Shown: positions 41,701 through 55,309 of the stretch, in pieces | Layout: the number at the start of each line of letters is the position of its first letter | Position numbering within the stretch: the first letter of the stretch is position 1 | Assembly (NCBI GenBank): GCA_965203295.1 | Contig: CBDBCZ010000017.1 | Coordinates: 2,400,001-2,464,000, forward strand | DNA length: 64,000 nt | Reading direction: 5' to 3' | Origin: Nitrospirales bacterium | GTDB lineage: Bacteria; Nitrospirota; Nitrospiria; Nitrospirales; UBA8639 | Notes under the pieces: model-generated | What the model was told of the DNA's origin: nothing | Databases searched by the model: none | Seen by the model: the letters and a program-made list of their open reading frames with translations, nothing else | Program-made: the position numbers and the translations under genes

Positions 41701-44700
41701 ATGTACATATACGTTTAATGTGTTTATTGCCACTTCCTGTATTTCATACAGCTGCAAGACAGTCATTCTGCTGTGTGTTCTGGAGTTCATAGTGTTGCTG
41801 AGTGCTTTCTGGGAATGAAGGTGATGCACTTCATTGTAGTAGTAACTTGCATGTAAAAAGTTTTTAATAATATATGGTTGAACAGGAAGATCTGGCTCTT
41901 TGCTGGCCAAGGGCACATTTATGAACCCAGAAAAAGTGTGAACTTTTTCTGATTCTATATTAGTACCCAAAAATCCATATGGATTCACATTGAACTATAT
42001 TGGAGAAAACCTTGCCTGGTTAAGAGCCGGCTAGCTAGCTTGTAAAGTAATGAAAAGTGTGTGAATGGTGAGATTTCTATGTGATAGATACGTTTCTACC
42101 ATACACATATTCAGTTTGTTTAAAGCAGGAACCTAATAAAATGCCTATAATTTTATAGTGGTTTCATGGTATAAACAGTTTATTTTACTGCTTCTAATTC
42201 TCTACCTTGAACATACGTACATATTTCCATAGAGTATACATGTATGAGCATACATATGCCCACTGCTATTCACAGCCTACGTAATCGAAAATTACTGCCC
42301 TACAATTTTTTTAAAGCCAATATTGTTAAACTATGTACTGTCAAGATGACATTTTTCTATAGGCATTCTTATTGTTACAAGTATCATATGTGCTCTCATC
42401 TAAAGACCACATGCACCGTAACATACCCCACAATTAACCCCACAATAAACTGACAATTGGGGTTTGGCAACGTACTGGAGATGGGTTTGGCTCTGCTATT
42501 GACTGAAGGTTAGAATCGTAAATTCCACCAGTTTTAAACAAATTTTGAATGACACATGAAATTTTTCATGTTTTCATGTATCAAACGAAAAGAACAGCTG
42601 GATACTAAATGTATTGTTCCCATGCCAAAATACACATACACACATACACGAGCTACATATATATGTAACTGAGGTTCCATGCTGCAACACAACATGAGAG
42701 TACGTAGGTGCTACATACTACATGTAGCCTCGTTCCTAGGCTCTACTTCCCAGCTTTTTTGTTTGCGCACGTAATAATTATTTTACTATGTGCGAAAAAA
42801 AAAACTGGGAAATAAGTAGATATGGTTGTCGAGAATGCATCAAAAGTGCAGAAACTGGAATGAATACGCCTATATTATACCCATAGTAATCCTGGTCATG
42901 CTGGTCACAACAGTTGTGAATATGTAAGTATACTTCTACAGGTTGTCTCGTATTGAAATAGAGCACAGTGAAGCCCTCTCTGGGGCTGTGGCTGCAATGA
43001 AACAGGATGAAGAGCAGAGGCTACTAAAGGTTGTAGAGACGACTAAACAGGAGGAGCAAGTAAGTGACATACAATCATTGTAATATGAGCATATCTCAGA
43101 CTGGATATTGCATACTGAGTCATGTACAATGCAAGCAGAACGTTAATAGACGGATGCTCAGATTTGGTGTGTACGTACATGTAGATTAAATGTGTGTGGC
43201 TTGCAGAACAAAAATTAATAACCAATATTAGGGAATTTTTCGGCCTTTTACAAGTCTGATTCAGAATAAGCATATCTTCTTTAGCCTAATTGTGTTTCCG
43301 AGAGTTTCTTGTACCCATGCAAGTGTTACTAGTGTTGTCCCAGTAGATCAAAGGCATTAGTGTGCTGGACAAAAGTGTTGTCACTGTTACATGTACATGC
43401 AAACATTCTCAAAACTGTCTACCCAAACCTTAACTCAAAGCCGCTTTCCTAATGTCGAGAATAGCAGTTTGGAATCTACGTATTTAGCTAGTAGCATCTT
43501 AGTCTATCGAGCTAGACCCTCCTCTATGCTTAGCTAAGCGCAGAGGAGGGTCTAGCTCGATAGACTAGTAGCATCTAAAAAGATACTTGGCTGCTCTTCT
43601 AAAACGTGTAATGAAGCAGTAAGGGAATATGGGGTTTAAGTTGAGGTCTGGTACAAATGGTCTGAATGAAGAGTTAGGAAGATAAAAATGATGATAGGCT
43701 GTGTTGGTTATGTGGGAAAGAATGTGAGAGTGTAGTTCACGTGCTCCGACCGGCAATTCACAAGGACTGGGCACTCAATAGATTGAGGTTTTTTTGGTTG
43801 AGTGGCTAGCAAGCCCTCTGTGATGGTATCAATAACGTCTGATCAAGTGGCTGGTAAAGTTGTGTCGACATGTTAATATCTACTTGTCTTTTATGGATTG
43901 TATAGAATGTTCACTTATGTTACAAAGATAATTTAATTCTATAACTAATGTAAGAAGAAAACTGGGAGAATAATACGGAGAATAGCAATAATCTCAAGCC
44001 TGTTAGGCATTCCTTTTCTCATCAGGATATTCTCGGGATCATGAACAGCCCCAACATACACGTATGTATGTATCTATGTCTGTTACCAAGATGAGCAGCA
44101 CTAATCCCTTCATCTTGAAGCCCTCTAACTTGGTTGGCCATGATGCTAGTGTGTGTGTGGTATACGTATCAGCCATCACCACACACACACACTAGCATCA
44201 TGGCCAACCAAGTTAGAGGGCTTCAAGATGAAGGGATTAGTGCTGCTCATCTTGGTAAAAGTCATAGATACATACATACGTGTATGTTGAAAACAGGCTT
44301 TTACTCCCCCAATGGACTGGATGATCGGTGTGTTGTTGCCCTTGATCATAGTGTTTATCCACCACTGGGCCAAAGTGCTTTACTAGTGATCCTAGTAGTT
44401 TATGTATATGGACAATCTTCATTCTCACCTTACCTGCCACGCTAGAATTTTTCCATCTGAAAGCAAGGATCTCTCCTGGCAGGCTGCTGGTGAATCACAG
44501 CTACACTAAATTGACACAGTATCCAGGACCATAGTCAGCTGATATGTGATACTTAGTCTACAATGAAAATGGCACTTCCCAAACAATTGAGTGCAACCTT
44601 GAGAATGGAATGTAATGCATATGGGTGCACTCATTCCCTGGTTCAACTCCGCTGTTTTTATTTACATACATGTAGTAAAACAGCACCTTTTGGCATTCTG

Positions 44701-45547
44701 TAAGCCACAGCAGCTGGGGTGGAGGCCAGGAACGAAGCTACGTACGTAGGAATGTCCTATTTTTTAGCCGACAGTGTCAAAACAGTGCAGGTATTTCCTC
44801 TTATATTAAAGGGAGAAAAGAGTGTAGGGATACACAGTCAAGGTGTTACTTTTTAGAGAGTGTAATCTTCTTCTAAACCCCTTCCCAATTACCTGCCTGC
44901 AATAGCCAAATACTACATGTAATAGTAAGTCCTGTGTACCATTCCCAGACCAGTAGTTCTTATATCTCGTGTGCCCAGACCTACTAATTATAATCACAAG
45001 TGCTACGGATACAAACCTGCTGTCTATGAGCTTCATCCACATGTAGTTGTGATTAGCAATCTGCCACATTTGAATATATTTATTGCTGTATAATTAACCT
45101 ATAGAAGAACTCAGTTTTAGAGTGACTGTTGTATGCAATGCAGCAGATGTATCAAAAGCAATTAGAGGAAATGAAGATACAACTGGAGCATGAAAAGGAC
45201 GTTTCTCTGGAGGAAGAAAAGAGAAATACAGCTACTGTGATGGAGGAGCTGGAACAAGTAAAACAGGTACAACACAGCTCGTAGTATGTGCAGACAAACA
45301 CCGGCCTGCACTACTGCATATTAACCTGGAGTGCATGACCTCTCCCAATATCATTATACAAGGCAAGAACGTTTGTGAAGTAAGTAGTTTAGACTGTACA
45401 TAGTTATGTATGCAATTTTCCTAGTAGCTGTCTACTACTGCAGCTATTTATCCCAATATTTAGTGAAGATTAATACTGCATTTCACTTCCAGGATAAGGA
45501 AGAAATGGAATTGGAATGTGAGGAGGAAGGTTCTTTAACTGAAGCTG
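38790..45547 (+). pseudogene. FHAD1: FHAD1-like segment, copy 3
   Basis: Same exons up to DKEEMELECEE; 1-bp deletion at ~39324; shared 4-bp insertion; large deletion at ~45767. Confidence 0.7.
44052..44289. repeat. Fold-back inverted duplication specific to copy 3
   Basis: 44052-44160 is followed by its reverse complement to 44289; absent at the equivalent sites in copies 1 (~20530-20690) and 2. Confidence 0.9.
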
Positions 45548-46730
45548 GTAAGCCACATCTACCTTTAAGTATATCATTTCTGTCTCAGTACTGACTGCAA
45601 TCAGCACAACTGTGCGTGTTTCTCAACTTGTAGTGTGTAACATTCTTTACTTAAAAGGCTTCTTCATTAAGACTAGGTGTTTGGAGCTAGTAACTTTGAA
45701 ATAGAATTAATGCTAACTAGAGGTCTTCAAGAAGACATACCCCGCGCTGAATACTGAGACATAGGGCTTTCAGCTGAGCTACTTGCTATGTACGTATACA
45801 AGTAGATGTAGCAGTAGACATGTCCATGTACATGTCAATTCTATACTGGAGGATGAATTAATTGCGAGAGTTAGTCACAGGAACGTGTATGTAGTGTGTA
45901 AACACTGTGCAAGTCAGACCACCCGTAAAGATATGGACAGGATCTCCAAATTGTGTGCAACTGCTAGCAACATTACAATATTGCCAGAGTAGTGACTCTT
46001 GAGTGGTCAGCTAGCATAGAGTGATAAGTGTGGCTAGGCCTTAGTGTGAGATCATTATGGAGTATGTTGCAGAGCAGACCTGCACATCTGAACACTTTAT
46101 TAGACCCCATCAGTTATCACTGTTTTTGGCTTTACTTTAGCCGTCTATAACACGACTACTGCTAACATATACCAGTGACTATCACCTTTTAACAAAATCC
46201 TTAGTCACAGTCTGTTACGCATGCATACGTATTGGCAACTGCCGTCAGCCAGTGATATGTATTTTTTAGATGCAGTTGCTAGCAGAGAAGCAGTCTCAAA
46301 CAACGTATTTCCTTCTTTTTCGTTTAGCCCATTTCAATACAACTGTATCAGATCCCAGTTCTCCACACCAAGGAAGGAATAGGCACGGTAGGTTCAATTT
46401 GTTGGAATGTAAGGGTGCACTATTGGTTTCATTTGAGTCGGACATTCAATGCCATTATTCTAGATCTGTGGTACATAAATTATTGGAAAGCAGAGCAGAA
46501 ATATTGTAGAGACTGCGTATAGCTCTGAACTAACCCTGTCAAGGCTGCATGGGCATCCTGCATATGAAACACACACACACATTTTTCATCTTTAGCTTGT
46601 AATAGACTTTACTAGTTTGTTACTCTCTGCTGCAGACTAATCGTTTCATGTTTACTGTTCATATTACATGTAGTTGTGGTGCTTTCACAGTTAGTTTCAA
46701 AGTAATGTATACAATGTTTTGCATACGTAG

Positions 46731-47426
46731 CTATGTTTCTATGGAGGAGCACCTGGAATCATGTGAAAATCTTTTGCAAGAAATGATATCTGGTGTAGAA
46801 ATGCTGAAGAAACAGGTCTGCATCACTTCAGACTGCCATTATAAGCCTGTATGTACGTACGTACTTACGTACATGTATGTTAATTACACATTTGGTCAAC
46901 AGCATGGGCCGGTGCATGTTGAAACTTACTTGCATACAAAGCATGTGGCATACTACGTTCTACTGTAGACCACACGTTTATCCAGAAAGGAGCGTCTGTG
47001 TCTACAGTACCATTCATACACTGCTATACATGCAGTATGTTAGAGCAAGTATGACTGTCTCATATTATGTCTACACTGCTGTACATGCAGCATGTTGACT
47101 GTCATGTGATGTGGCTCAGCTTTAATGTGAAACGTGCTACGCAACATGCTTCCTTGGCAGTATTCTATTACCATAAGAGTGTATGGAACTTGTGAATTGT
47201 TATCTTTAACAGCTAGCTGACACTGAGAGCCAACTGCAGTCTGCTACTAGCCGTAGCTCTTCACTCCGAAAAGAGCTGATGGGCAAGGATGCCACTGTGA
47301 CTTCACTGACTCAGGAAAACCGGAGATTACAGGAGGAGAGCAAACTTTCTGCAAGGCGCTCCTCTCAACTGAAACAAGAGTGTAGAGAAAGACGTACATC
47401 TTATTAATGCTTCCCTTCAAAAGCAG
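46731..47426 (+). pseudogene. FHAD1: FHAD1-like segment, copy 4 (two exons, truncated)
   Basis: YVSMEEHLESCENLLQE and LADTESQLQSA exons; homology ends at ~47646. Confidence 0.65.
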
Positions 47427-50214
47427 GTCAACATCACGTACACTGTATACATATGTGTGTCATGTACATAACATTGGGTATGGTGATTCTGTGCACATAC
47501 AGCTCTTGTATGCATGTACGTCTATGTTTGGACTAGGGCAATGTACATGTTCACACCTTCCGGATTTTAAAGGTATTGTTAACTTGAAAGCCTGGTACTC
47601 GGGCAAAAACCCGGGACTATTTATTTGAATTATAAGTGCCCAGTTACTCAAGCACATTAAAGGGCCATTATCGCGCAAGAAAGGGCTACTCTCCACATCA
47701 AAGCGACACACCCCTCCTGCTGATTCCAGTTGCCACCATGGGAAGATTTATACTTATTAATTAGCACCACATGAATGACTTCATCTCAATAGTTATTCAT
47801 GAGAAGAATCACACAGATTCAAATGTCAGTGCGGTACTACTTTAAACCTCAAGATTTTAATTTTGTTCACTGGACAGACAGACGACAAATAAACAGAAAT
47901 TGCTTAGTCCCACCCATACAAGTGGGACAAGTCTGACATTTCATGCCTAAAAAACCAGCTGGACGCCTTTCCCGTACAATACACACAACTCAGCTTAGGC
48001 CAAGCTATTAAACTCTACAGCCATAGAGCCGGAGATACTATATTCTTAGAGCGGTACAGCGAAAGTGCTGACTCAGCAGTTTCGTCACGCGCCTCCAGTT
48101 AGTAGCTATATGCCAAGAAACCAGAATCTTTACGGCTGCCTACCAAGTTTTCGCCATCTAGGCAACACAAACTACCTTCATTTGCTGTAGCTTGGCCTGC
48201 AAACCTCCAAAAGCTGCTATACACCGTAGTTGCATAGTAACGTATGACGTAATATATTGCGCACGTGGTAAGTGCGGACGCACAACTGACAAACAGACAA
48301 ACAAACAAACAGACGCGAAAAACGTAAAGCAATCTTAGTACACGTCAACCTTTTGTCATCAAGCTGGTTTGAGCACTGCTGTCACCCTCTCTATAATCAG
48401 ACAGTGGATTTTGTCTTTTTTTCAGTGTAGAGTTCCCAATACACTCTCCTACGCAGTATTCGGATATCATTGGTAAGTACAGGTATATATATTTAGCAGA
48501 ACAACAGTGCAAGTCTGATAATTATACGTTGCATGGCTCTCGAGATAGAGATAGAGCTGTTCATCTTGATTTCTTCATATTGCTGAAGCTTTCAGTGGAT
48601 GAAATCAGGAAAAATAGGTCTAAGCTATCTCAGGAATGACACGACGTATAAACATCAGACTGGGACCGTTGTGTTGCTAAGTATCTGTACGTAGATTCCC
48701 AACGATATTCGAATCCTAGCTTTGGAGAGTGTTTTGGGGACTGTACACAGAAAAAGACAAAATTCACTGTCCAATTATATAGAGAGGGTGGCATGGCTCT
48801 ACAGTTCAGCAGCACCCCTCAGTGCTCAAAGCAGCTACAGTGGTGAAAGGTTGGCTTGCAGCAGCATGGTTATGGGGCTTCCATTAATACTGAAAGTTAC
48901 TTCAGGGAGGAAACGCGGAACACAGTTTGACATTTGTCTACTGGTCATAGCTGCTTCTGAATTTTAACTTTGGATCGAAGGCTATAGCTCCAGAACCAAG
49001 CAACGGAGGAACGCCAAACTTTCAAACCGAGGTGTGAAGGGGCTGCAGTATAAATTGAAAACCCATTCACTTCTGGTAATTTATGCAGTCAGCACTAGCA
49101 CGTCCAAAAATGCCTAGTGTCCGATCGAACAAATTATGAAGGCAGCATTGCTGAACTGTGCATGCCCGCTCACCCATTAGTGGCCTACACGACCACTCAC
49201 TACCTTCTTATGGCCCTGAGTAACGTAACATCTTTTTGGAGGCCATCCTAGAAATTTAGTCTCGTCTTTCACCTACTAATAGATCAATAACTTAAGGTGG
49301 CCGACCAGAAATCTTATAATTTATCAAGTTGCATACAAACTGTTGCAACTTACAAGACCTGCCATTTATTTCATTAACTAATACAAGTACTTGCGCTCGC
49401 TTTGCTCGCGCAAGTACTTGTGTGTTCAACTCGCTCACTCTGTACAGATAAAAATGAAAAGTGTGACCTCTATGTGATTTGCATGGAACAGTATAGCATC
49501 TTCTGCCATTGAAGCAGTGCTTTTGACTAAGCCACATGTCAGTGTTGAAAACTGACTCGTCACAGTGGGGGGTAAGTATATAGTACGTGTGCACACTACA
49601 CTAAAAGCTTCTTTTAGAAGCCAAAGCATGTATTATGTAATGTTCATGTAGTATAGCTAATGTGGAGCATTTGCCAGTGGCAGTAGCCTGATCGAGGCGT
49701 TGACAGTAGTTTTTTGCCTGAGCCATGTGGAGGCAGTAATTCAAAGGAGAGACTGCAAACAATCACAAAACCATACCCACATCAGCACATGTAGTCTCGC
49801 GGGCCAGACGATTTTTGTTGGGGGAAGTTACAGCACATGTAGGCGAATGGAATTGACTCCATTTAATGCACATCGTCGTAGTTTGTCTAGCGTAGCAGTT
49901 ACAGCTGTGCATGGTTTGCACTTACAGGACTATACAGCCACTAACCTTCGCAATAGAGCGCGCTCGAAGTGCTGATTTGAGAACATCATGATAATACCGT
50001 CGGCTGTCAGAGCATCCCAACGCACGCAGCGGTCGAAATTGTCCCAAAGCATGCAGCGGTCAAAGTACTAATTAGCTATGTACACATATGATGACGTCAC
50101 GGTCTTCTCGCATATTCTCGCGCAATCGAGATTCATTAGTGGACGTCACATCCGTTACACATGGACAGAACTAACGTTAAAGTATTGATGTCCAAAAACT
50201 ACATCTGCTATACT

Positions 50215-50731
50215 TGTCCTACTACTTTGGAGCGCCAGGAGCCCATGGACATCCCAACAGGACACCAGCAGGACTCTCAGGTGCCACACGTAATCATACT
50301 CAATGGCCTGACCTTCTGCTGTTCATTGTGTACATAGATCACCATTATAAACAAGCATGCTATACATACCTGCCTACTTTAAAGGTCCATAGTCATACTG
50401 GAAATTACCCAGTTCAGGATTTCCAAACCGAACAAACTTTTAGCTGCTTATCACTCGGGGGATTGAATCCTCTGATATGCCAGAGCCTATTCAAACCAGA
50501 GAAGTGTGTGCAAATGTATACAGAAGTGAAGTGCTCAAAGAAAATATACATGTATACAGTCACTTTTATTAACACTTACTTTGGATTAAGCTTAGGAACA
50601 GTTCTATAATCGAAAGTTGCCTCTGAACTGCCTGCTCCAGATTCCCCCTTGCTCTGTTCCCCGCTGTTTTCATTTCCTGACAAGTGCACACACGTTCCTC
50701 TGGGCCTGTCTCCTCCATCACTATCACCCTC
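50215..50731 (-). pseudogene. Three phase-compatible pseudo-exons of an unidentified gene
   Basis: 50731-50580 (..TFDYRTVPKLNP), 50486-50370 (KLWHIRGFNPPSDKQL/KFVRFGNPELGNFQYDYGPLK*), ~50315 downward (GQAIEYDYVWHLR); GT-AG sites, one frameshift, one stop. Confidence 0.5.
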
Positions 50732-52126
50732 CTGTATTGTGTATGTGAGTGGCACAATAACTGCGATGTGTTGTGGTATGCAAAACACTTTTGCCACCAC
50801 CTCAAAAATTTGAATGGGTGATTCCTAGATAAACCGTACGTAGCCTTGTTCTCAGGCTCTATATACTAGTAAACGTTCCCAGGCTGTACTCCCCAGCTCT
50901 TTGTGTGAGGTGCAAGAAAAGCTGGGAACAAAGCTAGATGAATCATATACCTCACACACTGCCCCTTATTTATTGGAAAATAACACTGACTACAGAATAG
51001 CAGCCTCTTATACATGTTTAGCCCTCACACCCAGCACTTCAAGAAAAAATAGCAAAGATTTTAATCACTATTTTTTGCCTAAAGTTAATTACACCTAATT
51101 ACACCTACTCCCCTCCTTAAGTGTTTATAGTTGTTGGCTGGCTAATCAGCTGTTGGTTCTTGTTGTGTGTGTTTAGCCATCTACGTGTAATCACTGTTCT
51201 CCACACAATCTAAACAAGTGACTATCAGTCATAACCTCAGAATTGAAGCCTTTAAAATGTTGAGAGACATGACTAGCCTACTGCTTAGCCTGCAGAGTGG
51301 AGCTGGAAATGAGGCTAGAGCACAGTTGGGGGACTAGCAATATAGGCCTCTAAACTTGCAGAGCTAGGCTAACCTATAACTTTGTACTGTCATTCTTGAA
51401 ATGCTGTACTGATTAGCACTGCTCCCACAACTCTGGAAGGCAAAAGTTTCCTAAATTCAAGACTGACATCGAGAACTAACTAATGCTATGAAAGATAAAT
51501 GTATTTGAGCCTACTTTACTGACAAAGGACAGACTGCTGCATTGACAACAAGAACTAACTAATCATATTGAAGAAACTTTACTGACAGAGGACAGAATGC
51601 TTACTGTCGAAAGCATTTTAGTTCTCATGCAGCTACAAAATACAGCTCACCAGTCCTGACCTTCCACCAGCAATAGTAGCCTGTTGTCATAGTTGTAGGA
51701 GTTGCCTTGTTCTGAAACACTTGCAAGAGTTGTTAGCTGATTCTCCTCAGAGTTGTCTTGTTCTGGAACACTAGGTACTTAGCTGTTGATTCCAATTCGT
51801 CCTCCGACTTTAGCGGCTGCTGTGTTCCAGTTACCGGTATTTGTCGGTCCTCTTGTGGGGCAAAACTTGAGTTTTGGCCTTCCTTGCTTTCACATACAGA
51901 CTCATTTTGATTTTGAACTGTAGCAAAGTGTTCACTTGGCAACAAGTTACTGAATCCTACAGCTGGTGTTGCTTGAAAATTTTCATCGTTTACTCTGTCT
52001 CCAGATTGTGGGCTCTCTATATTTGGGGAGCTGGATTTTCACTCTGTGTGAAACACTTAATTCATTGGGATGAGAGCAATTAAATTCTGTTAGGCAACTG
52101 TTCCTCTTTTCCACGTTTACCCCCCA

Positions 52127-52420
52127 CGGGAGTCTGAATTCAGTAGACTGGACTGGACTGGACTGGACTGGACTGGACTACTGGAATGGAATACTGGAAT
52201 GGAATGGACTCATAACTGTTTTGTATGAAAGTCAATGTTTTTAATGCAATCACAGCCACTGCAGTACACAAATGCCTCTCATGGAGAACAGAACAGCCAC
52301 TGTATGGAGAACAGTATACAAATGCCTCTCATGGAGAACAGGATATAAAAACCACTGCATGGAGAACAGGATATAAAAACCACTGCATGGAAAACGGATA
52401 TAAAAACCACTGCATGGGGA
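52127..52420. repeat. (GACTG)n/(GAATG)n pentamer array plus ~28-bp tandem repeats; probable terminal region of the MULE
   Basis: cgggagtctgaattcagtagactggactgg.. at 52127-52210; three copies of ggatataaaaaccactgcatgg at ~52341-52417. Confidence 0.7.
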
Positions 52421-52521
52421 ACGAGATACAAAAGGTTCAACGTTTTATTGACCATGCATGATGTTGACATACAATTTTCTATCAGAATGGTGAGGAAAGA
52501 GATGATGTAACTATAAGTAGT

Positions 52522-55037
52522 CACATCCTTCCCATGTGTTGAGCTAAGTACTCAGTATGGACTGGCAAAAGCTGCATACTTGTCTCAGTGGGGACAGTCA
52601 ACATTTCTGCCTTAAAATAGGGGCAACGGGCCTGGATACAAGGTATGTTGCAATGATAGTACACATTGCCAAATCACATTTGTAACAGTGCTGAACCACT
52701 TGGTACAAATTCTTGCCATTCTTTGTGTCTAACACAAAGGTCCATAGGGGGAACTGCAGGTTTAGTGTACCGTTGCCTACATCCTCGACAGACTCGGACG
52801 TTTCCAGCAATGAATGTGAGGGTAAATGGACTGTCATTCACAGCAGGTGAACACGGCACCAATGCAGGAGGGAGAGACGGAATACGGATGTGTGGTAGCA
52901 CAGGGGGAAGACTGGTATATGACGGCGAGCAGTTTTGAGCTGAAGGGGAGGTGACTTTGGACTGTGTAGGAAGAAAGGATGAGGTCACAACAGTTGCATA
53001 CGCTGACGCTATTGGGACCAGTGGCGGTGGGGACAAGTTACATGCACTGCTGCTAGGAGGAATACTACTGGCTTCAGTAGATACTGTTGCTGCTTCAGTA
53101 CTTGGAACAGAAAATCGATCAGAAAATACAACTCTTGAGGTAGCATCACTCTTCTTCTTTCTACGACGAGCTGGTTTTCCTCCTTTGCGTCCACATCCAG
53201 CTGGCATTTGTAATGTAACTAGTTTTGTGAGATTTGGACACTGCTTGGCTTGACAGAACCACTCAATAAACTTCTGAAGTGGTCCGTTGTACTGGGCTGT
53301 TGCAACGGCATGAGAACAAATACCTAATGACTTGAAGTTTCCACAGACAGTATCGCATGCATACTGGCCACCTTTCTTAGCCAGCACCAAGTGTGGACGA
53401 CTACCAGTGTAACTTTTTACCATGCACGACCGGTTGGTACTTACAGGAGCTGCGCAAATAGCATTTTTCTCTGACAACAAGTTTTCTTCCATATTGTTTC
53501 AAGGACAGGTGCGGGGGTAAGTACTTGGCCAGAAAATTCCTCTACTTTCACTGGGAGTATCACTTCATCCGGATGTTCAGCAAGTAGTTGTCGACTACAA
53601 CACGGTAGGTCAGCTGGTGTGCAAGGACGCTTGGCAGTAGGGGTAGGCTCAACTGCAGTTTCTTTCCGTTTAACTCCTTGAGAAATTGCCACTTGGATCT
53701 TTGCCAACTTCTCCAAATGCTTTCGTCGCTGTAAAACGGTCATCTCCAGAAGCCATTTTTCTTCTGTTTTTTCAAATGATTGGAACTCAGGGAGTAGCCT
53801 GTATTTACCACGGTTGATAACTGCCCTCTCAATTTCTCTTTCTTGCTCATTAATGACTTCCTTCAGCTTTTCTAGAAACTCTGGCAGCTCGCTCTTTTTG
53901 TAGTACACTTTATTCTTCAAAACTGCATTCATGCTTTCGCTTGCGTTAGTACTGAAAAGTTCTGGTGGATCACCAAATCCTGCTTCCTTGCGAGTTGATT
54001 GCAGCATGGTAGTCTGGATGATTGTGCTTTTATATTGTGAATACCACTGCACAAAGTCATGTACAGGCCCGCTTTTGGAAGCATCTAGGCTTTCCCACTT
54101 CTTTGATAGCTTGGCAAAACCTTCACTGTATTGTGCTTTTTCTCGAGCATCAACTAGGCCTTCGATATAGTGAGTACCAACTTGCTTTCCAAAGAGATCC
54201 GCAACGATGACCCTCTGGCTGATGCCCAATTCTTGTACCTTCGCAAGGATGTTACGACGCATGTGGATCCAACAGGTAAGGTGAATGCTCGAGGGAAACG
54301 CACGTTGAAATGCCTCAAACAAAGCCTCTTCCCCGTCTGTACCAAAACACCTCAAATTTTTTAGCTGTGGTCGAAGCCCTACAGAGTCGAAGCAAAGAAC
54401 AGGTAAGTAGCAAATGACTTCTTGTAATGGACCATGACTGGGCCAATGAAAACTGGAGGATTGTCACTACGTCTGCTCTGGAGAAGTAGGTGATGGTACG
54501 ACACTACAGTCACATTGAAAGCACCCAAAGAAAAAGTAGGATCGACAGAAAGGATGCCAAACTTATCCTTTTCGGTACAGAATCGCACCAAATCATCCAA
54601 CTGTCGGTCAAGACCCACGACTATTGCTGGTTCACGAAGTGTTTTCATGGCTCTCACAAACTGCTTTGAGGTATCTTCCATAAAAGCTCTCTGCATCACT
54701 ACGGAGAGTCCATCTGCCATGATCTGCATTTGACCACCAAGGGAACGTGATTTGTACTTCAATCTCCGTTTTACCTGAGAGACTTGCTGTTCATCTCGTG
54801 GAAGTTCGCAGGCATCAGATGCAGATAACACCCCACCAACTTTCATGGAAATTTTAGCTAGAACATTCTTTGGGCCACTACTCCCACACTCTTCCTTGAT
54901 CATTTCCATTGTGCTTGGCAAAGTTGGAAAAAATGGTTTGGGACGGGTGCTATTTCCATGTGGCAACGGCTTGGGCTCAAATCCCTCAGGTATATAATAA
55001 ACTGCTAGGCAGTATTGATGTGGATGGTTTTTAGCAG
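52522..55037 (-). pseudogene. Mutator-like (MULE) DDE transposase with SWIM finger, frameshifted
   Basis: PHGNS..LSVDPTFSLG (D1), FGTDGEEAL (D2), CWIH (CxxH), STNASESMN (E), SWIM-like CDTVC..ICSHAVA, and C-terminal CRGC..YYHCxxxC. Frameshifts at ~55000, ~54382 and ~53490; TGA at 52674-76; splice acceptor at 55038-40. Confidence 0.85.
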
Positions 55038-55309
55038 CTAAAGTTGTGAAGGAGTAGGATAAATGTAAGTGTAATATAGAAGCTACACTCTATACATATA
55101 TTACACATTACAACAATTGGATGAAGGGCGGAGTATAGAGGCGTTTATACTACTATCTCGTTTTTATTGAGATATACCATGGCTAATCAGAGTAAACATG
55201 AGAGTTTTGTCCATAATTACAAAGATACATGTACATGTTTGTTAAAATGATAGTAACTGAAAATAAAAACTGTTAGCGTGCATAATATGAAGGGCTGGTA
55301 CACGTTATG

